NCBI RefSeq assembly: GCF_009914755.1
Contig: NC_060927.1
From: the human T2T-CHM13v2.0 reference genome, Homo sapiens
Reading direction: 5' to 3' (one strand)
Length of the DNA stretch: 64,000 nt
Both the position numbers and the translations under genes were made by a program. Below, piece after piece: positions 42,420 to 58,000 of this stretch (the first letter of the stretch is position 1; every line of letters begins with the position of its first letter). Under the pieces are notes generated by a model. The model saw only the letters and a list, made by a program, of their open reading frames with translations, had not been told where the DNA came from and did not search any database.

Positions 42420-43585
42420 AAATGTATACAATGTATTCCTGTTTTTATCATGTATTTGTTAAGATTTAATTCAATCTTTAGTTGCTGGAAGCAGCATCTC
42501 TCAGGGTACTCATCTCATTGTTTGTAAAGAAGTCATATGGTCAGGACTTCAAGTTAGTTAAAGAGATTTTAAGTTTCTCTGCTATATATCAATAATCAGT
42601 TTCTAAAAAGACATCTGTAGTAGCTGTGTGCTTATATAAGTCAATTTTCCCTGTTCAGGTTGATGTCAGGATGAAACAATATGTATAAAGAGATTAGTTA
42701 TTGGGATTAATGTCAAAGTTCTACAATGAAGTCAAATAAATGTGTAAGTGTGTACATGTATATGTATTCATATAGTATGTGAATTTATAATTTTTTCCAG
42801 TTACCAACACCAAACAAATATTTTGGAGGAATGGAAAACAAATTCATATAATGTGTTCACATATTTCATGTTTTGTCTTAGAGAAACGGGAGGAAAGCAG
42901 CAGTGTTCACTGGGCATTTCTGTTTTGGAGAGCTTTATCTAAAAATATACATGTCTATTATAACATGGAAGATAAAATGCAAAAACACTCCCTCTCTTGC
43001 ACTGCTCCTGAGAGGCAGTGCAGCTCAGTGGTTAAGAGGTTGGGTAGAGGAGTCATATCTTGGCCTTACCATTTTACAGATGGATGCCCTTGAGCAACTT
43101 CTCTGTGCCTCAGTTGCCTTTACATAATAAAAAGATAACAATAATGACCACTTCATAGAATTATTTTGAGAATTAAATAAAATAAGGTGAAATAATGAAA
43201 TAAAACAAATGTGTAAAGTATTTAGAAGACTGTATACTTCAAAAATATTAGCTATTAGTGTTAGCACTGGTAGCCCTGAATTAAAAAAAAAAAAAAAAGA
43301 GGATAACAAGCAATAAAATACATGGGGTAGAGGATAGTAGAAAATCATAGCAGGTATTTATAAAGTAAAAAGACGTGAATTGCCAGTGGAACATAATTTT
43401 AAAGTAAATCGAATAGAAATGTGTTATGACTTAGTGAATATTTGATAGTGTGGCCTTTCAACAAGAATATTAAATAAAAGGGATTTTAGGCAAAGGATGT
43501 TTTGTCCTTAAATTTATAAAGCATGTCTTTGGAAGCTAATATTGAACAGTGAACTTTGGGCTAGAAGATCTTGATCTGCTCTGTA

Positions 43586-43908
<323 letters not shown>

Positions 43909-43929
43909 CACTCTGCAATTATTTTTACA

Positions 43930-45810
<1,881 letters not shown>

Positions 45811-46063
45811 AAAATATAAGATTTAAACACAGGATAAATTTGGGGATATATATGTGTATGTGTGTTTTCTGTTCATCTTTTGGTAGAAACAAGCAAGCAA
45901 ACAAATAAAAATAAACAACTCCCCCAACAAAACCCAAAATGATCTTCTATTGTCTAGAGAATCAAATAATTAGGCTCATATGGTAAGTGAATATATATAT
46001 ATTTTGTTTTGGTACACAGTTTACATTTGCTAGCTCTTATTTATTAACACCTCTGACAAAATT

Positions 46064-46078
46064 TGTGTGTGTGTGTGT

Positions 46079-46132
<54 letters not shown>
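46064..46132 (+). repeat. (TG)n(GA)n compound microsatellite
   Basis: Direct reading. Confidence 0.95.
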
Positions 46133-46134
<2 letters not shown>

Positions 46135-46465
46135 CTTCCATTGGCTAAACTGGCAAGTATCAATGGTGTGCAGTGGACTGGAACTAGCTTTTATGCTTTC
46201 ACTGTGCTTCCAGAAAGTTAACTGCATGCATTGTATCGCACAGCAGAAACCCTCAAAATCAAAAAATTATTGTTTGGTGTAAAGGTTTCTCTACTATTTG
46301 AATTGATGTCCATCTCTCCTAATCCCCACTGTTGTCCCAGTCATTTAACAGAAATAAGGAAGACAACAAAATAAAGTTAACGAGAAAGGCACAAACCATA
46401 TTTTGCAACGGAACTGCCTCTACACTATTCCTACATTTATATGATTGCACTAAATTATTTATGTG

Positions 46466-46527
46466 GATCTTTCTGCCTCAGCCTCCCAAAGTGTTGGGAT
46501 TAGAGGCAAGAGTCACTGTACCCAGCC
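46466..46527 (-). mobile_element. Alu 5'-end remnant (~60 bp)
   Basis: gcctcagcctcccaaagtgttgggatta...cccagcc, flanked by taaattattt direct repeats. Confidence 0.7.
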
Positions 46528-48377
46528 CTATAAATTATTTCAAGGTCAAATTTTTGTCCCTAAATCAATTAAATTCAAACTGCCAATATCCAACTCTATA
46601 AAAGCATTTAAGAATTAAATTATTCATATAGAGTTTTTTTTAATGAAAACCTACTAGCTTAACCACTTGCTATTAGACCAGGTGTCCACATAAATCCCAA
46701 GCAAATTCAAGCTCAGTATCTTTTGAGCTAAGCCAATGTCAGATATGGGGTTTTAAAAGGAGGAACATTAAAGCCAATGACCAGGCTCCATTAGCAGAAA
46801 GAGCTGAAAGAAAATTCCTATAGCTATTTTATTTTTTGAATCCAGCAGATATTTTGCTCAAAACCAGTGTTTTCCAACCTAGGTTCTCATCAGAATCTCT
46901 TGGAGAAAATTTAAAAAATACAAGGATCAGGTCTCCACACTCAGAATTTTTTAACTTAATTAGTCTATATGAAACAGGACATCATTAGATAATTCTAACG
47001 TGTAGTCAGTTTTAGAAAACCATTATTATAAATAAAGCCTCCAAAAGGCAGTTAAGCATGCCATCATGATGGATGCAATTGAAATATTTTTTTCCAGGTT
47101 AAAATACTTATACTGAATAAAACATGGATACCCTTGGAGAAGGTCACTGTAGACCATCATGGTGTATTCACTGGACCCCAGCACCTGTTGCTATTCACAT
47201 GATCTCATCCGTTCCATTCACATTGTCACAATCTAACAGAAAATAACCCAAAGAACTGATGTGTTCTCATTGCTCCTCATATACTTGCTTTTCTGATAAC
47301 TATACCTTATACATGTGGCAGTTCAACAATTGCTACAATATTTTTATCTGAGAAATCAAGCTTTTTAAACTAGCATTTTTCTTGAGTGCCAAGAAAAATA
47401 AGGTTTTACTATTTTAATGGCTGTATTTACAAATTAATACAGCTCTGTTAGTCGTCAAGTTTTTAGGATTTAGTTTTTTTATAACTGATAATTATTTTGA
47501 AATGTTTCATACCATACCAGAAATCTCTAATTGGTTTAAGATATTTAATATAAAGTCATTATATCTGTGGTGAGGATGAGGATCTGCAAGGTAAAAAAGA
47601 CTTTAGGATGTTTGGTGGAACTACTCTAACAACTTATGTAGGTCTATTTGAAGAAATAAAGGTAATTATTTGAAGTCTGTTTATGAAAGACCAGGAAAGC
47701 CTTGTTGATAAGTCATAATATCCAAAATTGAATTTGGTGATGTGCACTATTAAAAAAATATGTTATTACTTCCTAGCATAAATTGTTTAGGAATACATAT
47801 TTGTCTTTATAAGGAAGTAAGGGAAAATATTATTCTTAACCCAGATGCGTCAAATAGATGCTAAAAATGATCCACTTTCTTGCCCAGCTACTTCTATCAT
47901 ACCCTAAATGATAAGGTTTTTTCTAATAGAGATAGTTGGTTAAAAGCCAGAGAAGATTTTTTTCTACATAGTGAGTCAATCTTAATACATATCTCTGAGA
48001 GTTTTCAAGTTTTCTTATCCCCTTTGCATGATTATGAGAGACTAGAAGACATTTAAAATCTGGGTTTTGAAAGTAGAAGAGCACAGGCTGTTGGTTCTGT
48101 CATAGCTCAAGATTCACCAGTGATGCTGAGCAGGAGATTGGAAGAGGAGTTGGGTCTTAGAGCTATGTGGCACCATTTGGGTAGGGCAAGGCATCTAGCA
48201 ATGGTGTTTCAGTCACATAAGTAAGACCCAGCTACTTCAGGGAATGGCATTCTCCAGTCAACACCAGGGGTCAGATGTAGCAGAGCTCAACCAAGGTGGA
48301 TGGTGTGGGGAAACACTCAGAAATCCAGGAAGGCTGCTGGTAAGTATAGAAGTATGAACACAGCACTCAGATGGCTC

Positions 48378-48853
48378 GAGATCCCATTGACAAGTCAATT
48401 TGCAGAAAGCTAATTCACTACAGGGTCAAATGTCAAATGACCACTTGATCAAATTTTTCAATTATCAAAATATCATATTGAAAAATAGTCCTTTTGAATA
48501 TCTTCAATTAATATATTTTACTCAGCTGTATTTTAAATAATGCTCAAATTTATAAATGCTGAAAATCACGAGTCATTTAGTTTTCTTATGAGTATGAGTA
48601 TGTTCCTGAAGAATAGGTTCATGAGAATATTCATATTTCATATACTCAAGAAGAATACATTCTTAATCATATCTAAACAAAGTGTGTCTTCAATATTGTT
48701 TTAATTTAATATACTCAAATTAATTTAATATACTCAAAATAAATGTTTCAACAAAATTGTTGGCACACTAGAAAATTTATTACATTCAGTGAATTAGTCA
48801 TTCAAAAAATTGCTCCTTCAGGGAACTGATTTTTGATGACTTGGTCTGTTTTC
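48378..48853. mobile_element. Ancient DNA-transposon-like element with imperfect terminal inverted repeats
   Basis: caagtca...ctaattcact at the left end and agtgaattag...tgacttg at the right end; AT-rich interior. Family not identified. Confidence 0.4.
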
Positions 48854-49617
48854 AATGCGGACTGAAATTAGTGGGGCAGGATTAGGGCTGGGATGAGGGT
48901 GGTGGGATCTGGAAACAATACAGAATGGCTCTCGTTGAGAATGAAGTGAGGGCAGCCTAGGACATAGTGCCTGTGTCCATTGCTGGGGCCAGCCTGCAGG
49001 AAAAGGGGTGCTATAATAAGCCTAGATAAATGGAGGCATTGGGCTTGAGGCTACTTATTTATATCCTGCTAAAACTCAAATTGCTCTGAAAATAAATAGT
49101 GAGGCTGGATCTGTAGAAGATTAAATGAGTTGACCCAGCTGTGGGAGAACTGGGGCAGGCAGAAGCTGGGGAAACAGGAATGGGGGCGAGACATTCCACT
49201 GAGCAGGCCAAATTTATGCCATCTCAGACTTAACATATCATCTCTGCTTCTTTGAAATCATGGGCAGTTCCATTAAAGGAAATGATTCAAGTTAGGTTTG
49301 GCTGAGATTGGGGGCACCTGATTCTATAGATTTATTTCCTAGGAAGGAAGCAGTATTTCTATTTCTTACTTTGTGCGAGTCCTTCACAGTGAATATGGGG
49401 CACACTGCTTGCCATATCGAAGTAGTTAAAAAAAATGCCTGTTGACTTGATACAGTCATATGTGGACACTTGCAGACTCTTTTCAAGTCATTTATGGACA
49501 CTTCCATGACAAAGTTCTGATTTATACTTTGTGTGGCAAATTTTTCAGTGTTTAGAGTTCATGGGCATATGCTTGGAAAACAGAGGTACTATAGTCATTC
49601 CTTGATATTTGAGGAGA

Positions 49618-50005
49618 TGCTATGGTCTGGATGTTTGTGTCCCCCCAAAATTTGTATGTTGATCTTTAATCCCCCAAATTATGGTATTGGGGGACATTTT
49701 AAGAGATGATTAGGTCATGAGGGTAGAGCCCTCATGAGTAGGATTAGTGCCCTTGTAAAACAGCCCAAGGGAGCTTGTTTGCCCTTTCTCTACCATGCGA
49801 CGACACAGTGAGAAGACGGCTGTCTCTGAACTAAAAAGCAGACCTTTACCAGACACCGACTTTGCCAGTGCCTTGATCTTGGACTTTCCAGCCTCCAGAA
49901 CTGTGAGAAATAAGTTTTTGTTGTTTTTAAGCTATTCGGAGGAAATAAGCTATTTATAAGCTTATTTATGGTATTTTGTTATAACAGCCTGAGCCAACTA
50001 AGACA
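49618..50005 (+). mobile_element. MLT1A/MST MaLR solo LTR
   Basis: tgctatggtctggatgtttgtgtcccc...ttggactttccagcctccagaactgtgagaaataa...ctaagaca. Confidence 0.85.
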
Positions 50006-51556
50006 AGATGAGAGAAATTTACATACAAGATACTGCATTGAGACAATGTACTTTGCACTCAGAGTGCTGAAACTTAAAGGACATTTAGAAAACTGTGAAG
50101 ATTAAAAAGCCCCAGGCGTTTACATAAAGCCTCCGGTGAGATCTTATTTTCAGTAAACTAAACTCACTTTCTCATAGCTTCTATATGTTCAGGCTCTTTA
50201 ATTACATATAGCAATTAGGAACACCTCAAGCATAAAAAGAATTATTCAAGACCAAGGTTATTTGCCTCATCAGTAACTGCACCAATAATCAAGGTACATA
50301 CCTCTACAGCTGTTCTAAACAACATCAGTGAGAAATACCAACTGAGACAATTATATAGTAACCATGGAAGCCTAAAAGTTGTGTTGATATGACTGGGATG
50401 GGGAAAACTCTAATACTCTGGAGACAGAAGCTTTTCAAAGTGGAACTTGGGGCTGTGCAATGTCTGAAAGAATTACAAACTATAGCATTTTTAGGGCTGA
50501 AAAAGACCTGAGGCTATTTAGCTCCAATCTTCCTGTTTTTCTCAAATGCCTCATTTTTCAGATGAGAAAACACAGGCAAAGAGCCTGCTCACTGTTACAC
50601 AATTAATCAGTCCCAGAGCCAGAGCTAGAGTCCAAAATCTACCCAGCAACAAGGAAGCCATCCAAAGTTCTGGGGTTTTTGTGCCCTTTTGTAGAATTAC
50701 TCTGTGCCAGGTTAGAGCTAATTTAGGGCTTGTCATTGGAATTCTAACATCAGGATGACCACTGTTTTTGGCTATGGCACAACTATAGAATAGTTATCAA
50801 TATTTCTCTTGGGCAGAAGAGGGCAAAATATGAATCATTGCTGCCTCCTCTTCATCTTCATTCCTGGCAAATTCTCCTATGGACTTTCTCCAAATGGATA
50901 TATAAATAAAGCCTTTGATGAATATCTTTTGCGTGTGATAGTATGTGTGTCTGTGCTTCAGAAATACTATTTCTCAAAGGATATGAGTGTGTTTCCTAAA
51001 GGATAAAAGTGTGAGTGCATAGCTGAGCTTATGTGTTGAACTTGGATCTGTTTGTGCTTGGTGTTTAGATATTTTTAGCTAGAGATGACTAGATTTTCAG
51101 CTAATTTGCTGAAAAGAAATTTGTGCTATGTCTGCTGTAGGGCAGGATGATGGAATTGGAGATTATTTCACCTGGCTTTCATCCCCAATCCCTGCGAATT
51201 CTTTGGAGATGGAAAATTCAGAGCGGGCTTTCATATTTTTTGTACCGGTTGTGAACAATAAGAAGCTTGAAAATCAGAAGAGGCACTCTTACTACAGGAA
51301 CAACACCCTTGGGTACAAATGTTTTGTAAAATTCCAATAAACCAATCATTGTCCTCTTTGTGAATTACTGCCTTGTCTTCTGGGGAGTGAGCAGGGCAAA
51401 AAGAGTTGAAAGTGAATACTGGAGTCTGACACTCTGGGTAAGATGTTGATTAGGCTTTTTACCAGCTGTGTGATTTTAAGGAAACTCTTTTTGGTTTGTT
51501 CGTTTTTATTATACAATCACATCTACACATGAACTTCACTCTTAGGAGCTGTATAA

Positions 51557-51902
<346 letters not shown>

Positions 51903-54784
51903 CACAAATTTCTATAACTCTCTGACTCTTCAGGTACAGGTAAGGGGAATGACTAATGGCTTGTGACAAATATTAGTTGAATGAATACATTATTAAATAC
52001 ATATTTAATGAATAAAAATATCTAATATTTGAAGGATATTTCATACTTTTATCTTGTTTTACCTTAATATCTGGTGAAGTGAGTGTTTTCATCCTCCTTT
52101 TTAGTTAAGGGAATTGAGAGTCAAAAAGAGGTCTAACAATAGTTGTGAATCAGGACTAGACAATACCAGTTTTGAAGTACCTGGTTCTGACTCCAAAGAC
52201 CTGCAATTATAACTTACACAATTGCAAAGAGCTACACATCATTTCTAAAGACGCAAGAATGTCTGTCTACCTTTGTTTGCAACAGTACAGGCTCAGCCTG
52301 ACGAATTCCCACCAGAGATTCATACCTGATGTCAAGGGCATACTCTGTTGAGAAACCTGGGTGGCACTGTCTCATAGTGTGACTCTGTTGTCATAAGAAA
52401 AGGCTGTTTGTACAGACATTTAAAAACAGAAGATCAGAGTTTCAAGGTTGAGCTTGTATTCATCTCCTTACTGCACAGGAAGCCCTTTGTAGTGCAAACC
52501 AATTCCTTCAAGCAACATGTGTCATCCCCTCAGGAGATATCACCTTCTACTCTTTGATTTCACCTAGAACCTGCCTTAGGGAGACTGTGTTCTATGGACA
52601 AGCTACTCCTGTAAAAGACATGCCGAAGAAAACAAAAGATTAAGGACAAAAAAAGAAGCAAAACCACTGCGATTGAATTCTCATATAGCTGATGTTAAGA
52701 TTTGGATAGCTAAAAAATAATGTTATAATTTTTTCTTATAAAACAATTCCCAATAATAAGGTTAAATATATCTGAATAGAAGAGCCAATATTTTAAAAAT
52801 TTTATAATAATGTATGTATTTCCCTCCTATTCAACTGGGATAAATTCAGCTTTTCTTTTTTGGAAGAAGGAGCTAAAGTATATTTTTCTCCTTTTTTTTC
52901 CCTATTAAGGGAAATAGCCGAGAGAATCTCAGGATTATGCTACAACATATGTTAACATTTAAAACCATTAACTGAATATATATAAAACAATACCTATCAT
53001 GACAATTTTTGAATATACATTTTATACTGAAAAGAAATGCGAAAAGTTCCTGGACATTTTATGCTTATGGGTGTTGAGCACACTCTCTTCCTCCCACCTT
53101 TTCTGCAGGGTGAACTATTATTCCTTTCAAGGCTCACAGTGAAAGCTGTAATGACTTCACTTCTCTTTTTGGCAAAATTACCCGTGCCTGTAACACTTTT
53201 GCACAAACTGTAGAACTCAATTTTCTTGAGGTACTGTCATTATCTGTGCCCTCCTGTTCCTTCTGATCTCTGAGTTACTTGAGAACAAGGGCTTGGTCTT
53301 ATTTGGCACTGAATGTTTCAGACCCAGCCTTGGGCTCAATGAATGTTTGTTGAGTGAATAATATAGGCCATGTCAGAAGCATACTCATATTCTTCTCACG
53401 GTGTCTGAGGTTGAAATGCAGTGAGCCTGACATAAGCTCAAACCTGTCTGGAGCCAAGTATAGGTCAGATCCCATGTCTCCTTCAATTTTGGTAGAGTAT
53501 GAGTCAGTGAGCCTAAATTATTTCCCCAGTTCAATCATCTACTATCTCTGGTTGTCTTAATTAAGCTTCAAAAATCTGTGTCTTCTTCCATCTCATGGGA
53601 ATGGTGAAAAATAAATGAGATCACATCTAAAGAACCAGGGTTTCTTATTAGAGAGTACATTATTATCATTATATCAAGCAAGCTCCGGGCACTCTCCAGA
53701 GTGCTAAAAAATCTACCCTCAGGAAAAACAAAACAAATCAAAACTGGAAACATTTTTACTCTACCTATGCTGTTTCTATTATTAAACAATACACGTCTTG
53801 TGAACCTCTATGGCATGACCTTAAAAAAACTGAAAAAATAATAAGACAAACAGCAAGAAAAACAAGTCTAAGCATAGCTTATTTTTTTAATGTGTGGGGA
53901 CACTGATTTTTATAACTTGCCTCAATGTGCAGAGATATTTAAAATAAAGAAATAATCATTTTTGCCTATTTTGAATTGCAGGAAAGCATATTGATATGTG
54001 AACTATATAGATTCTAATAAAATACTTTTAAAAACACTTGTTTTTCAGGTTATTTTGGAAAAGTATGCTTTAGTTAATGAGTTATTTAGAAAAATCCACT
54101 GATCTATGTTACCTTACATTTATAGTGCTTTTACATTTACTGTTTTTTCATCTATAAATTAGTTGTGAAAAATACACTGTAAATTGATGAGTAAACAGCA
54201 GTATTCATATATATATACACATATATATACACACACACACACACCCTTATGGACTGTAGTTTGTGGGAAAAGTGCCAATTTGGAATCCAATTTTCCTTTT
54301 GCTTTTCCTAAGTGTGTTAGGAGAATTCAATTTCTCTACATCTTTTTTCCTCTGTCTCTGTCTCTCTTTCTCCCCAGCTTTCCACTGTTCTCTTAGCTAC
54401 TATTTCTGTATTTTTCTTAGTTTCTATATACTTGAGCCTCCAATTGTGCTTTTACCTGAGGGCTAATTTAGGAGTAATTTTCTGGTACCTTAGAAACAGC
54501 ATTCAGAAAGCATAGTCCTTGCCTCCTTCCCAGCAATGCCTGTGGAGCTGACAGGCAGGAACAGAGGCAGGCAGGCTATAATCCATTACTCAGCATTCCC
54601 TAACTCTATTCCACCTGACTCTATTGCCCTTAACTTGACCCCAGTCTATCTGTATGTGCTGGAGGTTGACCATCCTAACACTGAACTTTATCATTCATAC
54701 CACAGACACTAGAAAGGAGAATTCTTTCTGATAAATTGACTACTGTCAGAAGAACCAGGGTTATGGTAACATTTCACACATATG

Positions 54785-54787
<3 letters not shown>

Positions 54788-54826
<39 letters not shown>
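54788..54826 (+). repeat. (CA)n microsatellite
   Basis: Direct reading. Confidence 0.95.
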
Positions 54827-54829
<3 letters not shown>

Positions 54830-55087
54830 GAACCACTTCATCTTGCATAAAAGCACTTCCTCAGGAATGGGAGTGGGAGTTAATCCAGGTGAGGAGGAAG
54901 AGCAAATGGATTTCCTCAAAGCTCCATAAAAAGGTAAATCACTTGTAGGAAAATACGGGAGAAAGTGGTTGAACCCCAGGGCATTCATCCATTCATTCAT
55001 TCGTTCATTCTTATGGAGTATTAATTTCACACTAGGCACTATACTAGGCTCTTGGAGATATAAAGATTTGAAAATTCAATCAGTAAT

Positions 55088-58000
55088 GTCAGCAAGATGG
55101 TAGAATAGAAGCCCTGGATCCATCTTTCCTCAATGGAAACAATGATTCTATAATAAAATACAAACTAATTTACTTTGTGAGAAATCCAGAAACTAGTTAC
55201 AAGTCTCCTGCATCCTGGAGCAAGTGTAAAACCAACTACATGAAAACCAGCAAGAGAGACAAGGACACCCTCTTGCCAAGGGCCCTACCCCTGGCATGGT
55301 CATGGTGCCATACAACTGGGGGAGATCCTAGCTCCCAGCTTTTCTCTGAGGAGGGAAGAAAGGACAAGACCATACATTCAGCATTTGAATTTTTTTTGGA
55401 GGCCACCTGAGATACTGGCTTCTGTCTCACTTGCCTTGGAGAGCTGATGGAACCAGGAACACTACAGCCACCTGGGGCTACTGAGAATAATGACTGTGGT
55501 TTGAAATGGCAAGCTAACACATGAAGCAGCCCAGCTCAGCACAAGGGAAACAAGCAGAAACAAACAAAAGAGCTCCCAGTGTCTCTATGGGAAGGGTAAG
55601 AAAGAATAGGACAATGAATCCAATGCTCTAATATTTTTGGAGGGTTCCCAAAGCACTGAATCCTGTCTTGCCTGCCTTAGAGGATTAATGAAATCTGGCA
55701 TATTATAGCTACCTGGGAGCTAATGAGACCAGAAACTGTGGTTTGAAATAGTAAGTTAACACATGCCACAGCCCCACTCCCTTGCTCCATGCAAAGTGTT
55801 TGGGTAGGAAAAATCCTTAGCTCCAGATTTTCTCTTGTGAGGGAAGAAAAGAATTGGACCATACTTCCAAAACTCTGATTGTGCTGAGGGCTGCCAGAGG
55901 CATTGACATCTGTCTTATCTGTCTCAGAACTCTGATAAGACCTAGCATGTTCTAGATGCCTGATGATCAGTGAGAACAAAGGTCACAGTTTTATCTAGCA
56001 TGAGGATTTGAGGGGCCCCTGGAATCTCTGGCTGGTCTGACTGGTGAGGATCCTCTCCTGTACAAGGTCAATCCATGAAGACTGGGAGTGCGGACATAAA
56101 CACAAAGAGTCGAGAATAAAGAAACAGGAAAATATGTTCCAAACAAAGCAACACGATAATCTTCCAGAAACCAACCCTAATGAAACAGAGATATGATTTA
56201 CCTGATAGAAAATTCAAATAGATGCTTGTAAAGGTGCTCAGTGAGTTCAGGAGAACAAAGCATATAAACAAAAGGAGAATTTCAACAAAGAGATAGAAAA
56301 TATAAGAAAATGTGAAACAGATCATAGAGATGAAGAGTAAATAACTGAAATGAAAAATTAACTAGAGAAGTTCAACAGCAGACTAGATCAAACAGAAGAC
56401 AGGATTAGTGAAATTCAAGACAGGTCACTGGAAATTATCTAGTTAGAAAAGCAAAGAGAAAAAAGAATGAAGAAAGCTTAAGGGACTTATAGGATGCCAT
56501 TGAGTGGACTAATATACACATTATGGGAGTGTAAGAAGAAGGAGAAATAGAGATAAAGAGACAGAAAGCTTATTCAAAGAAATAATGAATGAAAACTTCC
56601 CAAATCTAGGGAAGGAAATGAACACCCAGATCAAGGATGTTCCACAAATTCAAATAGAGTAAACCCAAAGAAATTCACAGTGAGACACATAATTGAACTG
56701 ACAAAATTTGAAGACAAAGAGAGAATTTGAAAGCAGCAAGAGAAAAGTGACTCATTCCATACAAGGAAATCTCCGTGGGGTTATCAACAGATTTATCAGC
56801 AGAAACATTGCATGCCAGAGAAGGTAGATGAGAATAAATTCAAAGTGCTGAAAGAAAAGACCCCTGCTAAGAATACTATACCTGATAAAAATGATCTCAA
56901 AAATAAAGGAGAGATAAAGACTTTCCTTCACAAATAAAATCTGAGGGAGTTCATCATTACCAGACCTGCCTAACAAGAAATGCTAAAGGAAGTTCTTCAA
57001 GTTGAAACAAAAGGAAGCTAAACAGCAATAATAAAATATATGAAAGTATAAAACTTGCTGGTAAGGGTAAATATAAAGACAAATACTATAATACTGTAAT
57101 GGTAGTGGGTAAACTTTTAATCATAATATAAAAAAGTCAAAAGTACTGAAATAATTATAACCATAAAATGTGTTAATTGATACACAATATAAAAAGATAT
57201 AAATCATGACATCAAGAACATAACGTGTGTGGGGGGTTTGTGGGGGGAGAAGTAAAAGTGTAGCTTTTGTATGCAACTGAAGTTAAGTTGTTTAAAGCTT
57301 AGAATAAACTGTTATGACTATGAGTTGTTTTATACAAGCTTCTTGGTAACCACAAAGAAAGTACATACAGAAGAGCCATAAAAAAAGAGAAGGAAATCAA
57401 AGTATAGCAATAAATACAAAACAAAATACAGAAGAATACAGCAAGGAAAAAAAGATGAACAAAACAACTACAAGGTAGTAAAAAAAACATGGCTATAGTA
57501 AGTACTCGCCCATCAAAAGGAAGTACATTAATTACTCTAAATATAAAGGGATTAAACTCCTCAATCAAAAGACATAATGTAGCTGAATGGATGAAAAAAA
57601 ACAAGATCCAACTTATGTTGGATCAATTTATGTAAACTTCTTAAGTTTGACAACTTATTAAGTTTACATAACTTATTATTATTAATAAACTTAATAAACT
57701 TATTAAGTTTAGATTTAAGGACACATATAGGCCAAAAGTGTAGGGATGGAAAAAATCATGCTGCAAATTTTAACCAAAAGAAAGACTGGCTATACTTATA
57801 TTGGACAAAATAGACTTTAAGTCAAAAACTGTCATGAGACAAAGAAGGATATTATACAAAGATAAAATGATCAACTCACCAAAAAGATATAACAACTATG
57901 AATGTATACACATCCAACATCAGAGCACTTAAATATACAATGCAAAATGTAACATAACTGATAAAAGAAATAAATAATATGATAATTGTGAGAGACTTCA

